A stretch of 46,740 nucleotides of DNA from contig JBHLLG010000017.1 in the NCBI GenBank assembly GCA_048885925.1, positions 1-46,740 of the forward strand, given 5' to 3'. A model generated the notes under the pieces. That model was not told the DNA's origin and searched no databases. It saw only the letters and a list, made by a program, of their open reading frames with translations. Positions within the stretch are counted from its first letter, which is position 1. Each line of letters starts with the position of its first letter. The stretch comes from Candidatus Hermodarchaeota archaeon. GTDB taxonomy: Archaea > Asgardarchaeota > Lokiarchaeia > Sigyniarchaeales > SOKP01. Shown here one piece after another: positions 1 through 10,637 of this stretch. Made by a program: the position numbers and the translations under genes.

Positions 1-68
1 TTTTCTTGATATTTTCTTTCAATTCTCAATCTTTTTTATATATTATTATAACCGAAATTTTTCCCTTT

Positions 69-420
69 TCAACCAAAAGAAATTCCACTTGATTTTGTTA
101 GTAAACTAAAATCTTCCCAAGCATAGCTCGTATCAATCATAGTTGGTAAATTACAACTGTCGCATTTTTCCATTTCTTTTAAGTATTGTTGAAATTGTGG
201 TAATTTCATGGCTTCTTTAACTGAAATTTCTCGTAAATTTGCTATTGGCTTATTTAATTGAAGACAATTTTCAATATCGCCATTAGAATTAACAAACATA
301 AAGACTTTTCTTGCATGACATCGATAAGATTTCTTTCCTCCGATAAAATGTTTTAAATACATTTCTAAATTTAAGATATGTGAACCATTCCTTTTTGCAC
401 TTAAAATTTTTGAAAAGGCA
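69..420 (-). pseudogene. C-terminal (SPASM/twitch-like) fragment of a radical SAM protein
   Basis: The frame of ORF 69..362 stays open upstream to ~426 (AFSKILSAKRNGSHILNLEMYLKHF...). It has CHA..MFVNSNGDIENC and CDSC motifs, but no CxxxCxxC N-terminal domain and no plausible start. Confidence 0.65.
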
Positions 421-594
421 TTACTTTATATGATTTTTTATATGGATTGCTTCTGCGACTGCAATTGCCTTAAATAGATGAGCAACTTCAAGAAGATTTT
501 CTTCTCTTGCTTTTTCAGCATATAATTCATATTTTCTTTTCGCATTACTTTCTCCAATAATGGCTTCTTTTAAGTTTTGAATATCTGTTGACAT
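421..594 (-). pseudogene. Truncated rubrerythrin (N-terminal 57 aa only)
   Basis: Manual translation gives MSTDIQNLKEAIIGESNAKRKYELYAEKAREENLLEVAHLFKAIAVAEAIHIKNHIK*. This is the typical rubrerythrin first helix pair (GES.A..Y, A..E..H), then a stop. Not in the ORF track. Confidence 0.75.
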
Positions 595-657
595 TATATT
601 AAGTTTAAAGGTTTTATAAATGTAAAAGTAATGATTGAGGAATTAGAATTATTATTT

Positions 658-1248
658 TTAATTTTTTTTCTTCGGAAAGAACATACCTGTTCGATTTTTA
701 TATTCAATATAGGATTTTCCATATCTTACTATTAGATCTTTTTCTTCAGCTTTACAAAACCAGTAAAATATTGGAAACCATACTATAGAATATAAAAAAA
801 GAAATGGTGAATTTAAAAGTAATGCTACCGACCACCAAATAAAAACTTCTCCTAATGCTTGTGGGTGTCTAATCTTTTCATATATTCCCTCATAAAGACT
901 ATGTTCCTTATCTGGAAAAAGGGCTTCTCTTCCTGCATCTCTTACTCCTATTAACATGATATATAAACAAGGCACCAAAATTATTATACTAAGAATAACA
1001 GAAATCCAATAATCCCATATAAAAAATTGAGGGAGTAAAATTGGCAGAGGGAAAAAAAAGTAGAGAATATAATTTATAATTACAATTAATTCAAAAAAAC
1101 TCGCAATAATTCTGTATATCCCGCATTTTCTATATGCAATTTCTCCCATTTTTTTTTCTAATTGTGCCGGTCTTACACTTTTAATATAAAATAAAGTCAT
1201 TAAAACTGTTGAGATAATTAAAATAAATAAATTAATCCATTCAATCAT
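658..1248 (-). CDS. Isoprenylcysteine carboxyl methyltransferase (ICMT/PEMT) family membrane protein
   Basis: Hydrophobic helices; GIYEKIRHPQ, EEKDL..RYG..Y.EY...TGMFFP motifs. Confidence 0.85.
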   Translation of the reverse strand: MIEWINLFILIISTVLMTLFYIKSVRPAQLEKKMGEIAYRKCGIYRIIASFFELIVIINYILYFFFPLPILLPQFFIWDYWISVILSIIILVPCLYIMLIGVRDAGREALFPDKEHSLYEGIYEKIRHPQALGEVFIWWSVALLLNSPFLFLYSIVWFPIFYWFCKAEEKDLIVRYGKSYIEYKNRTGMFFPKKKN

Positions 1249-1263
1249 ATTATTATTCAGAAA

Positions 1264-2286
1264 CTAGCAGTAATATAAAAATTTTCCATTTTTTTCAATT
1301 AATTTAACTTTATCTTGAGCTTGAAGGTATAAGAGATGACCTAAAACTTCACTTAATGCCATATAAGAATTTATCTCATCCAAATCTTCTCCAAAATGAA
1401 TTTGAGAAATTTTATATGCAGTTAAGGGATTATTTTTAATTACACTTGAAATTTCAGCTAATCTCTTTTTATGGTGCTCCTTAATTTGCATTATGCGCTC
1501 GTGGGGATTATAAATAACTTCCTGATGAGCAGGGAAAATTATTTTGGGATTCAAATTGTCAATTCTATCTAAAGATGCTAAGTAGTGTTTTAATATATTA
1601 TTAAAATCATAATCTTTATATTTTTCTGCTAAATAATCTGGTACGACGAAATTTCCTATGTGTGGAGTAATCCTACTAAGTATATGGTCCCCTGAGAAAA
1701 GATATCTTCTCCTTTTATCATAAATACATATATGACCGAAACTATGGCCTGGAGTCCAGATAATTTCCAACATATCAAATATAATATCTGCATCGTGGAC
1801 TATAATATCTGGTTTTTGGTATTGTATGAACTTTGGCCAAAACGTAAAAAACTTTACAATTCGATCTCCTTGCTCTTCGCTAATACCATACTTCATCAGT
1901 TGTTTCGCGATTTTTCTAGCTTCTTGTTCTAATTCTTTTAAACTATTTTGATTGGTTTCCCATTTTAATAATTCATGAGTTATATCATGCATTAAGATTT
2001 TAAGTTTAGGATTTTTTTGTTTTAGAAGGCGAATTAATCCTATATGATCAGTGTGTATATGTGTAATAAAGCAATAATCAATATCTTTGATAGATATGTT
2101 CACTTCTTCAAAAGCTAAAAATAACATTTTCTTCCAATTTCCCATATTCAGACCGGAATCAATAAGGATATTCTTCCCATTTAGCTTAAAGAGATAAAGA
2201 CAAACATATTTAACAGCAAAAGGAACATCAATTTTAATCTGATAGATCCCTTCAATTTCCTTCACTTCAAATTTAAAACTAGGCAA
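1264..2286 (-). CDS. MBL-fold metallo-hydrolase with C-terminal winged helix
   Basis: THIHTDHIG, TPGHSFGH, SGDH and PAH motifs. The likely start is TTG at 2286 (MPSFKFEV...); the ORF track extends to 2364. Confidence 0.85.
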   Translation of the reverse strand: MPSFKFEVKEIEGIYQIKIDVPFAVKYVCLYLFKLNGKNILIDSGLNMGNWKKMLFLAFEEVNISIKDIDYCFITHIHTDHIGLIRLLKQKNPKLKILMHDITHELLKWETNQNSLKELEQEARKIAKQLMKYGISEEQGDRIVKFFTFWPKFIQYQKPDIIVHDADIIFDMLEIIWTPGHSFGHICIYDKRRRYLFSGDHILSRITPHIGNFVVPDYLAEKYKDYDFNNILKHYLASLDRIDNLNPKIIFPAHQEVIYNPHERIMQIKEHHKKRLAEISSVIKNNPLTAYKISQIHFGEDLDEINSYMALSEVLGHLLYLQAQDKVKLIEKNGKFLYYC

Positions 2287-2407
2287 TGTTAAAAAAATTA
2301 ATATTCTTACTTTATTTAGAAAAATTTTGAAGATTTTAGTACTTTCTGATATTAATATTAACAATTAATTCACCAAGAAAATTCAAGATTTTAGAATTTA
2401 GATAATA

Positions 2408-3028
2408 ATGTCAGAATTGAATGAGTTAATACACCTATCAAAAAAATATATTAAACCGGCTAGTCACGTCTTATCACGTGCTTTTCAGAATGATCCCGTG
2501 ATTCGCTGGCAAATTCCTGATGTTAGTGAAAGACTAATGAAGCTTCAATATGTGTGGAAGCTCTCACTTCACATAGGAATTAAATATGGTATCGTTTATG
2601 GTACTTCTGAAAATTTAGAAGGAATTGCGCTTTGGCGTCCTCCTCAAAATGTAAATTTCCCTTATTGGAGATATTTAACTAAAGGAGGATTCAAATTACC
2701 ATTTAAATTTGGCATTAAAACGACTAAAAGAATAAAATTTATTAAAGCTGTTAATGATTCCCTTCGTAATATTTATATGAAAGTTCCTTATTGGTATTTT
2801 GGGTTAATTGGTGTAGATCCAAAATTCCAAGGACAAGGATTTGCGAGTAAGCTAATTAAACCAATGTTAAAACACATAGATGAGGAACATTTACCAATTT
2901 ATTTAGAAACTACTTTAGAGAAAAACTTTAGATTTTTTGAGTATTTTGGGTTTAAAATGCTTGAGGAAATCATTATTCCTAATACAAATATCGTTAGCTG
3001 GTCAATGATTAGAGTTAGTAAAGATTAA
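2408..3028 (+). CDS. GNAT family N-acetyltransferase
   Basis: IGVDPKFQGQGFASKL acetyl-CoA motif A; YLET..N..F..FGF. Confidence 0.85.
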   Translation: MSELNELIHLSKKYIKPASHVLSRAFQNDPVIRWQIPDVSERLMKLQYVWKLSLHIGIKYGIVYGTSENLEGIALWRPPQNVNFPYWRYLTKGGFKLPFKFGIKTTKRIKFIKAVNDSLRNIYMKVPYWYFGLIGVDPKFQGQGFASKLIKPMLKHIDEEHLPIYLETTLEKNFRFFEYFGFKMLEEIIIPNTNIVSWSMIRVSKD

Positions 3029-3144
3029 TTTTTCGATAAAAAAAATTCTTTACTAAAAAAAACTTTAAAAATGTTACTGATCTTGTCAATTAAGAGAGAG
3101 AAATCATCTAAACTTAGTATCTATTCAACATCAAATTATAAAAA

Positions 3145-3636
3145 TTAATATTTCTTTCTCAAAATCCAAATTATCACATAATTTATCGAAGAAATTATGG
3201 TAATCACAATATTTATGAAAACAGTCGTAAAAAAACCAATATCAGCAGCAATTATCAGTGGAATAATTGTAGATGCACTTATCCAACAAATCACTGTAGT
3301 ATAATAAGCATATAAGAATTTTCTTTTATATCTTGAAATTCTAACTGACTCGTCAGTCTAACTTAATAAGTTAAAAGCAACTTCTCCTATACCAGAAAGT
3401 TCATACTTACTTTCCTTTTGCTGTAAATATGGTTGTAAACTTTTTAAATGGTAAGAAAGAGTGGGACTGTCAACATTTTCTAAATTATTTATTACTTCTG
3501 AAAATGATAAAGGGTTCTCTCCTAAAATTTTAATGATATCCCTTCTAATTTTATGGCTTAAAGATCTAAAAAGTTCATCTTCATCGATTCTAGATCTATT
3601 CCTCTTTTTTCCACTTAATTCTCTATTACCCATCAT
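3145..3636 (-). pseudogene. ArsR/wHTH regulator with two C-terminal TM helices, interrupted by one in-frame TAG (3358..3360)
   Basis: wHTH ORF 3358..3636 (LSHKIRRDII..LSYHLKSL). After the TAG the frame continues TDESVRISRYKRKFLYAYYTTVICWISASTIIPLII...IIWILRKKY* to a TAA at 3145. Confidence 0.7.
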
Positions 3637-4034
3637 AATCTTATCAATTTAATCTTCTTTTATTAAAAAATGATTTTATACTTCTTTTGGATACGCATAA
3701 AATGTAATTTAAAATCATCTATCCCTTTAATGATTATACTTTAATATTAAAAGTGATTTGTTCTATTATTCTAATCACATAATTTTAAAATATAATACTT
3801 TTTAAAAAGACGACAAATAATTTTCTTCCCTAAACCTATCAAAATCAATTATTATCTTTTGTTGAACCTTTAAGAAAAAAGCTCCAGTTCAAATTTTTAA
3901 CACATAAGTTTAAATACAATTAGTTGACTAGATATGTGCCTTAATGGATAGAATTGGACTAAAAATGGTTATTAATCATTTTTTAGGAAAGAATCTATAT
4001 GGCTTCAATTTAAAAATACGATATGTGAGAAAGC

Positions 4035-6122
4035 ATGATTGAACCTGAACTTTATGAATCTGTTCAAGTGTTTAAAGAGCTTTTTGATAATATGGGTAGC
4101 GGTGTAGTTATTTATGAGACATATGATGATGGTAATAGTTTTGTTATCAAAGAGATGAATGAATCAGGTTTATCGTTAACTCAAGTTGAAAAGAAAGATA
4201 TAATTGGGAAAAATATTCTTGAAGTATTCCCAGGCATAAAGGATTTTGGGTTATTTGAAGTAATACAAAGAGTTTGGAAGACTGGTGAACCAGAGCATAT
4301 TCCGCCAGCATTTTATCAGGATGATAGAATTTCTGGTTGGACAGAAAATTATGTTTATAAATTACCTTCAGGAAAAATAGTAGCTATATTTGAAGAATTT
4401 ACTGATCGGATAGAAGCAGAAGAAAATTTAAAAAAAAGGATTGAATTTGAAACAACCATCTCAACAATTTCTTCTAAATTTGTTAATCCTGTAGATATTG
4501 AAGAAGCCATAAATTCTTCGCTAAAAAATATTGGAATTATAAGCCAAGCAAGTCGAAGTTATTTATTTTTATTTAATGAAGACAATATTACGATGAATAA
4601 TACGCATGAATGGTGTGCTGAAGGAGTCAATCCTCAACTAAAAGAACTTCAAAATATTCCAATGGCACCCTTCCAATGGTCAATAGACAAGCTAAAGAAT
4701 AATGAGATTCTAAACATTGAAAACATCGAAGATTTACCCCTTGAAGCCTCAGCAGAAAAAGAGGAATTTTTAAGGGAAAATATTAAATCTCTAATTTTTC
4801 TACCATTAAAGATTGGAGAAATTATAGCAGGATTTATTGGATTTGATAATATAAGAGCCCCAGAGAGTTGGCAGGAAGAGGATTTAAACCTTCTTAAAAT
4901 TTCTTCTGACATTATTGGAAATGCCTTAAAACGTAAAAGAACAGAACTAGAATTGGAAGAATTAAATAAACAGTTAAAGAATAAGGTCAAGAAAACAACT
5001 GAAGTATTAAAAGAATCTGAAGAAAAATTTAGGATGCTTGCTGACCAGTCATTAATGGGGATTTTCATTATGCAAGGTGATAAAATTGTTTATGCTAATC
5101 ACAAAATGGCAGATATTATAGGATATCCTTATGAGGAAGCTATAAGTTGGAATCTAGAAGATCAGTTGAAGATTGTTCATCCAGACGATAAAGAGTTTAT
5201 AAAAGAACAAGCACTTAAAAAACAGAAAGGTAAAACCGATGTAATTTATCATTATCAATTCCGTCTTTATAGAAAAACTGGTGAATTAGCATGGATAGAG
5301 AACTATTCCAAAACTATAACGTATGATGGGAAGCCTGCTGATTTTGTAACATTTATAGATATTACAGATCAAAAGAAAATGGAAGAGAAGATAAAGAAAT
5401 CTGAAAAAAAATATCGAAAAGCGTATTATCAAGCAAATCTCTATAGAGATATTTTTGCCCACGATATTAACAATATTCTTCAAAATGTTAGTTCCTCAGT
5501 TGAGCTTAGTTCTCTTTATCTAAACAATCCTGAAAAGCTACGTACTATAAAAGAATTATATGAAATAATAGACGAACAAGTCCATAGAGCAAAAAAATTA
5601 ATAAGAAATGTAAGAAAAATTACTGAGATTGATGAGTCTGAAATTAATTTAGAAAGGATTGATGCAACTCGGATATTAAACAAAGCAATCGAGTTTTTAG
5701 AATCTAGTTTTCAAACGAGAAATATTAACATTCAGCTCAATACTCCTACTAAAAGAAATTATGTATATGCAAATAATCTCTTATTGGATGTGTTTGAAAA
5801 CATTTTAATAAATGCTGTAAGGTACAATGATAAATCAAATATCACTATAATTATTGATATTAGTAAAGAACAAAAAGAAGATAAAAAATATACAAAAATG
5901 GAGTTCAAGGATAATGGAATAGGCATTTCTGATTATCGTAAGGAAAGTATATTTGAAAAAGGAAAGCTAAAGAACCAAAAAAGTAAAGGAATGGGTCTTG
6001 GATTATCTCTTGTAAAAAAAATTATTGATATTTATCATGGCGAAATTTGGGTCGAGGATAGGGTTCCAGGTGATTATAAGCAAGGAAGTAATTTTGTAAT
6101 ATTAATTCCATCTAACCTTTAA
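4035..6122 (+). CDS. PAS/GAF/PAS sensor histidine kinase
   Basis: PAS and GAF domains; H-box FAHDINN, N-box NILINAVRY, G1 DNGIGI, G2 GMGLGL. Confidence 0.9.
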   Translation: MIEPELYESVQVFKELFDNMGSGVVIYETYDDGNSFVIKEMNESGLSLTQVEKKDIIGKNILEVFPGIKDFGLFEVIQRVWKTGEPEHIPPAFYQDDRISGWTENYVYKLPSGKIVAIFEEFTDRIEAEENLKKRIEFETTISTISSKFVNPVDIEEAINSSLKNIGIISQASRSYLFLFNEDNITMNNTHEWCAEGVNPQLKELQNIPMAPFQWSIDKLKNNEILNIENIEDLPLEASAEKEEFLRENIKSLIFLPLKIGEIIAGFIGFDNIRAPESWQEEDLNLLKISSDIIGNALKRKRTELELEELNKQLKNKVKKTTEVLKESEEKFRMLADQSLMGIFIMQGDKIVYANHKMADIIGYPYEEAISWNLEDQLKIVHPDDKEFIKEQALKKQKGKTDVIYHYQFRLYRKTGELAWIENYSKTITYDGKPADFVTFIDITDQKKMEEKIKKSEKKYRKAYYQANLYRDIFAHDINNILQNVSSSVELSSLYLNNPEKLRTIKELYEIIDEQVHRAKKLIRNVRKITEIDESEINLERIDATRILNKAIEFLESSFQTRNINIQLNTPTKRNYVYANNLLLDVFENILINAVRYNDKSNITIIIDISKEQKEDKKYTKMEFKDNGIGISDYRKESIFEKGKLKNQKSKGMGLGLSLVKKIIDIYHGEIWVEDRVPGDYKQGSNFVILIPSNL

Positions 6123-6251
6123 TTTTCAATTATAAATCCTTTCTTACAAGCTTATTAAAATTTAGATAAATCAATTTAGTTTCATTTTATCAAATCTACT
6201 CTTTAAAATATTACTATAAACTTTAAAAGGGATAGAGATAAAAATGAAATT

Positions 6252-7781
6252 ATGGAGACTTATGACTTAGTAGTTATTGGAAGTGGAGCTGGATTAAACG
6301 TTTTAAATGTTGGACTTCAATTAGGAATGGAATGTGCTCTTGTAGAAAACACTAAAATGGGAGGCACATGTTTAACCCGAGGTTGCATTCCTTCAAAGGT
6401 ATTGGTTCATCCAGCTGATATGATCCGGGAAGCTCAACATGCTAAAAAAGTTGGAGTTAAATTCAATGTAGAAAACATCGACTGGGATTTAATAGCAAAA
6501 AGAATGTGGTCTCAAATAGACGAAAGTAAAGATATTGATCAAGGGCTTTCTACCGTACCGAATTTAAAAGTGTATAAGGGTATTGGCGAATTCATAGGAG
6601 ATTATGAGATGAGAGTGAAGGATACTAAAAGTGGTAAAGAACTAGGATATTTCAAAGGAAAACGATTTGTAATAGCATCAGGCGCAAGATCATTCATTCC
6701 TCCAATAGAAGGAATAGAAAGTATGGATTATATTACTAATGAAAACTTCTTTGGCGATAAATTTCCTAAAAAACCATGGAAGAGTCTTATAATTATTGGT
6801 GGTGGAGTAATAGCAGCAGAGTTTGCCCATATTTTTTCGGCAATGGGTACTGAAGTATCAATTGTAGAGATGCTTCCACGTTTAGTGATAACTGAAGAAC
6901 CAGAAATCAGTCAACATTTGGAAATAAACTTCAGAAATTATATGAAAGTTTTATTAAATGAAAAAGCTATTAAGACCTATTGGAAGAAAAAAATGAAGGC
7001 AGTTTTGGTAAAAAATATGAAGACTAGTGAAGAAAAGGAGATTTTAGCAGAAGAAATTCTTATTGCTGCTGGCCGACTTTCAAATTCGGATTTATTAAAG
7101 GTTGAAAATACTGGTGTTGAAACTGATGAGAGAGGTTGGATAAAAACCAATAAATATTTAGAAACTAATAAGCCGAATATTTGGTGTATCGGTGATATAA
7201 ATGGGCTCTATCAATTTCGCCATAAAGCTAATCATGAAGCAGAAATTTGTATTAATAATATATTTGGACCAGAAAATCAAAAAACTTCTGTAGATTATTC
7301 TACAGTTCCATGGGCAATCTTTACATACCCACAAATTGGGCATGTTGGAATGACCCAAACAGAAGCAATTGATAAAGGGTATGAAATTTTTGTTGCAATA
7401 AAAAATTACTCAACTGTAGCAAAAGGATTTGCCATGGGATTTGAGAGTGGACAAGAAGATGATGGATTTGTCAAATTAATTGTTGATAAATCCTATAGAA
7501 TTTTAGGAGCACATGTAATTGGACCTCACGCAGCCCTTTTAGTACAACCTTTCGTTTATTTAATGAACTCTGGTTATACATGTAGTCTACCTGAATCCAA
7601 AGATGAAAAAAACTTACCAAAAGTAAAAAGAGCTTGTCCCGAAGCCGGATCTTTCATGCCTATTTATCATTCAATGGTGATTCATCCCTCTCTTAATGAA
7701 GTAACGGGTTGGGCAATCGGGAATTTGAAACCTGTAAATATTGAAATGGAACATCATGAACATCATCATCATGATCATTAA
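6252..7781 (+). CDS. Dihydrolipoamide dehydrogenase/mycothione reductase-like pyridine nucleotide-disulfide oxidoreductase
   Basis: GSGAG FAD motif, GGTCLTRGCIPSK redox disulfide, GGGVIAAE NAD(P) motif, HPSLNE, His-rich tail. Confidence 0.88.
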   Translation: METYDLVVIGSGAGLNVLNVGLQLGMECALVENTKMGGTCLTRGCIPSKVLVHPADMIREAQHAKKVGVKFNVENIDWDLIAKRMWSQIDESKDIDQGLSTVPNLKVYKGIGEFIGDYEMRVKDTKSGKELGYFKGKRFVIASGARSFIPPIEGIESMDYITNENFFGDKFPKKPWKSLIIIGGGVIAAEFAHIFSAMGTEVSIVEMLPRLVITEEPEISQHLEINFRNYMKVLLNEKAIKTYWKKKMKAVLVKNMKTSEEKEILAEEILIAAGRLSNSDLLKVENTGVETDERGWIKTNKYLETNKPNIWCIGDINGLYQFRHKANHEAEICINNIFGPENQKTSVDYSTVPWAIFTYPQIGHVGMTQTEAIDKGYEIFVAIKNYSTVAKGFAMGFESGQEDDGFVKLIVDKSYRILGAHVIGPHAALLVQPFVYLMNSGYTCSLPESKDEKNLPKVKRACPEAGSFMPIYHSMVIHPSLNEVTGWAIGNLKPVNIEMEHHEHHHHDH

Positions 7782-7887
7782 GAAACTACTTCTTTTTCCC
7801 TTCTTTAAAAATATTTTACTTCTTTTAAAAGACCTTAATAGAACTAATCATCAACTATTTAGATTTTTAATCCAATATTAGGATCAG

Positions 7888-9828
7888 ATGATATTAAAAA
7901 ATATTAATTCAAAAAATGATAATCGAATTGGACAAATCTTTACTCCAAGCTATATTGCTGAATTTATGGTAAACAATATTTTACAATTTATCAATCCTGT
8001 AGATAAAAAGCTTCAAACTTTAAGAGCTTTAGAGCCATCAGTAGGAGAAGGAATATTTTTAAGATTTCTTCTTGCAGAGGGCTTTATTGATATAACAGCA
8101 TATGAAATGGATTATAATTTGAAGGAATATCTTATAAATTCGTATCCAAATGTAGAATTCAAATTTGAAAATTTCTTAGGTTCAGATTTAAATAAGAAAT
8201 ATGATCTAATTATTGGAAATCCCCCTTATTTAGGCCAAAATTACAATGCTAAGATTTTTCAAGAATATATTAAAAAATTTCCATGCTGTTCTAAATATTT
8301 TGTAGGTAATATGGACTTATTCTACTTTTTTATTCATTTAGGGATAGAAAAATTAAACCCAGGAGGACTTCTTTCTTTTATTACAACAAATTACTGGATT
8401 ACAAAATCTAAGAAAACAGGTATAAAACTTTTAAAACCCCATTTGTTAAAAGAATGCTTTCTATTACAATATATAGATATATCGCATTTAAAGATATTTG
8501 AGGGCGCAAAAGGTCAACATAATTGTATTTTTGTAATACAGAAAAAAACTGAAAAAGAAAAGATTCATAATATAAATAAGAATATTGAAATTGTTCAACT
8601 ATTTGGTAAACATCTGATTAATCAAAATGATAATTCAAATAACGAGAGAATTTTTAATGAACTAAGATATAAAAAAAATTCAAATAATTTTAAGAAATAT
8701 AGATCAGCATTAACTAATAACAATTTGAAAAAAGATGAAAGTTGGAACCTTCTATATCCAGAAGAAATAAAATTAATTGTAGATGAAATTGAAAATAATT
8801 GTAGAATTAATGGAAAGGTCTCATTTATAAAAGACTATTTTATAATCCGTAATGGTTTAATTCTCATTAAAGACTCTATCTTCATTTTAAATGAGGGAAA
8901 GAATTTAAAGATTAGAGGGGATGATTATTTTGTCCTTATTAATGGACTATTCATAAAGCTCAACGAATTTGAGAAAGCCAGAATTAAAAAAATGTATAAG
9001 AGCAAATCTATAAAAGCATACGGTTATTATGAAGAATCTCACATAAATTACCTGATCTACTTCAATAAAAGTGAGTTTAATTCGAAAAACAATCAAGAAA
9101 GAAATAGATTACTTGAAAAAAAATATCCTGCTCTCTCAAAATATTTAAAACAATTTAAAACAGAATTAATAGATATCTTAATTAATGCTAAAGAAAACCC
9201 AAAAGATATATATTTCCCAAGAAGAGGTTCTTTCATTCGAAAATTTAATGAAAAAAATCACGAGATATTGTTAGATCTCGAGCCTCTATATGAATCACAT
9301 CCAAAAATATTTTTTAAATTTATTTCAGACAAAAATATCTTCGGTTATTCAAATGAACAATATTATGCCACATCAGATACTTATTTTCTTTGGCCTAAAT
9401 CTAAAGAGAGAGATATTGACTATTTATTCATTCTCGCTTACTTAAATTCTAAAATCGTACATTTTTTATATAGATCTAAAAATATTAAAATTAAAAGAAG
9501 TAAGACTAAACTCGAGCAAGCCCTACCAATTCCTAATTTAAAAAATTTCAAAAGCCCTGAAAAGATTGAAATTATAAAATTAATTAAAGTCCTTACAAAT
9601 TTTCTATCTAATAACGATATTCAATGTGAAAAAGTAATAAATAACTTGTTGAGTATAGGAGATGTTCCATTTATGGATAACATTAAATTTAAGATAAAAA
9701 TTGTTGAAGCTATAAAAGACAATAATTGTATTCTTCTAAAAAACATCATAGATGATCTTTTCTTTCAATTATTCAATATAAGTGAATTCGAGATAAATTC
9801 TTTATTAAAGAAATATTATAATCCTTAA
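7888..9828 (+). CDS. N6-adenine DNA methyltransferase (Eco57I/TaqI-like, gamma class) with C-terminal TRD
   Basis: GQIFTP, LEPSVGEGIF (motif I), IIGNPPY (motif IV), DLFYFF, LAYLNSK in the TRD. Confidence 0.85.
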   Translation: MILKNINSKNDNRIGQIFTPSYIAEFMVNNILQFINPVDKKLQTLRALEPSVGEGIFLRFLLAEGFIDITAYEMDYNLKEYLINSYPNVEFKFENFLGSDLNKKYDLIIGNPPYLGQNYNAKIFQEYIKKFPCCSKYFVGNMDLFYFFIHLGIEKLNPGGLLSFITTNYWITKSKKTGIKLLKPHLLKECFLLQYIDISHLKIFEGAKGQHNCIFVIQKKTEKEKIHNINKNIEIVQLFGKHLINQNDNSNNERIFNELRYKKNSNNFKKYRSALTNNNLKKDESWNLLYPEEIKLIVDEIENNCRINGKVSFIKDYFIIRNGLILIKDSIFILNEGKNLKIRGDDYFVLINGLFIKLNEFEKARIKKMYKSKSIKAYGYYEESHINYLIYFNKSEFNSKNNQERNRLLEKKYPALSKYLKQFKTELIDILINAKENPKDIYFPRRGSFIRKFNEKNHEILLDLEPLYESHPKIFFKFISDKNIFGYSNEQYYATSDTYFLWPKSKERDIDYLFILAYLNSKIVHFLYRSKNIKIKRSKTKLEQALPIPNLKNFKSPEKIEIIKLIKVLTNFLSNNDIQCEKVINNLLSIGDVPFMDNIKFKIKIVEAIKDNNCILLKNIIDDLFFQLFNISEFEINSLLKKYYNP

Positions 9829-9956
9829 TAAAATCAGTCTTTATTGCTCTTTTTTCCTATTTTTCAGAATCGATAAGTTTTTATAGTTTTAGTGGCATAT
9901 GTAAATTGTGAAATGTCAACAAAAAATTGACAGAATCTAATATTAAGGTGAAAAAT

Positions 9957-10568
9957 GTGTCGGATGATTTTGATGATATTATTGATAAAATTAAAAAATA
10001 TTTTAAATTAGATTCAGATATATTTGATATCGATTTTCTATTTATTCCAGAATCGAAAAATGATTTAAAATTGAACCCTGAAGATAAAAATATAAAGGGG
10101 CTTAAGATATCATATCATTTTGAATCAGGGATGGATAATCCTGAAATAAAAATAGAAGGAAATATTGATAAAGAGAGAATTTTTGATTATTTAAAAAATG
10201 TTGATTTATCGAGATATCCAACATTAGAAAAGTTATTTGATACAAAATCTATGGAAGAAATTGATGCAAGTGAACTTTCTTTAGAATATTCTGGAGATAA
10301 TAAAGATTTGGCCATATTAGAACCAATTACTGAGATCAATGATTGTAAAGATTTTACTGAAATAATATTAGAAGTTCCGGGAATGAGGGAAGAAGATGTT
10401 CAAATAAGTTATAGTGAAGAAGGGACAAAATTAATATTCAAAGCAGAAAATCAATTTCGAAAATTTATGAAAAATATATATTTACCTTTTAAATCATCAA
10501 TTAAAGATTCTTTATTAGAAGTGAATAATGGTTTAGCTATTATTAAAGTTAAGAATTCGAAAAAATAA
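9957..10568 (+). CDS. Hsp20/alpha-crystallin family protein
   Basis: C-terminal EPITEI..ILEVPGMREEDVQI..NNGLAII. Likely GTG start at 9957 behind the SD-like AAGGTGA (ORF track starts 9927). Lies upstream of cdc48. Confidence 0.75.
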   Translation: MSDDFDDIIDKIKKYFKLDSDIFDIDFLFIPESKNDLKLNPEDKNIKGLKISYHFESGMDNPEIKIEGNIDKERIFDYLKNVDLSRYPTLEKLFDTKSMEEIDASELSLEYSGDNKDLAILEPITEINDCKDFTEIILEVPGMREEDVQISYSEEGTKLIFKAENQFRKFMKNIYLPFKSSIKDSLLEVNNGLAIIKVKNSKK

Positions 10569-10637
10569 GATGATTTGTTGATTATAATAATCTTTTTGAA
10601 AATATAATTATAAAGTTAATTAGAGAGAGGAAAAATA

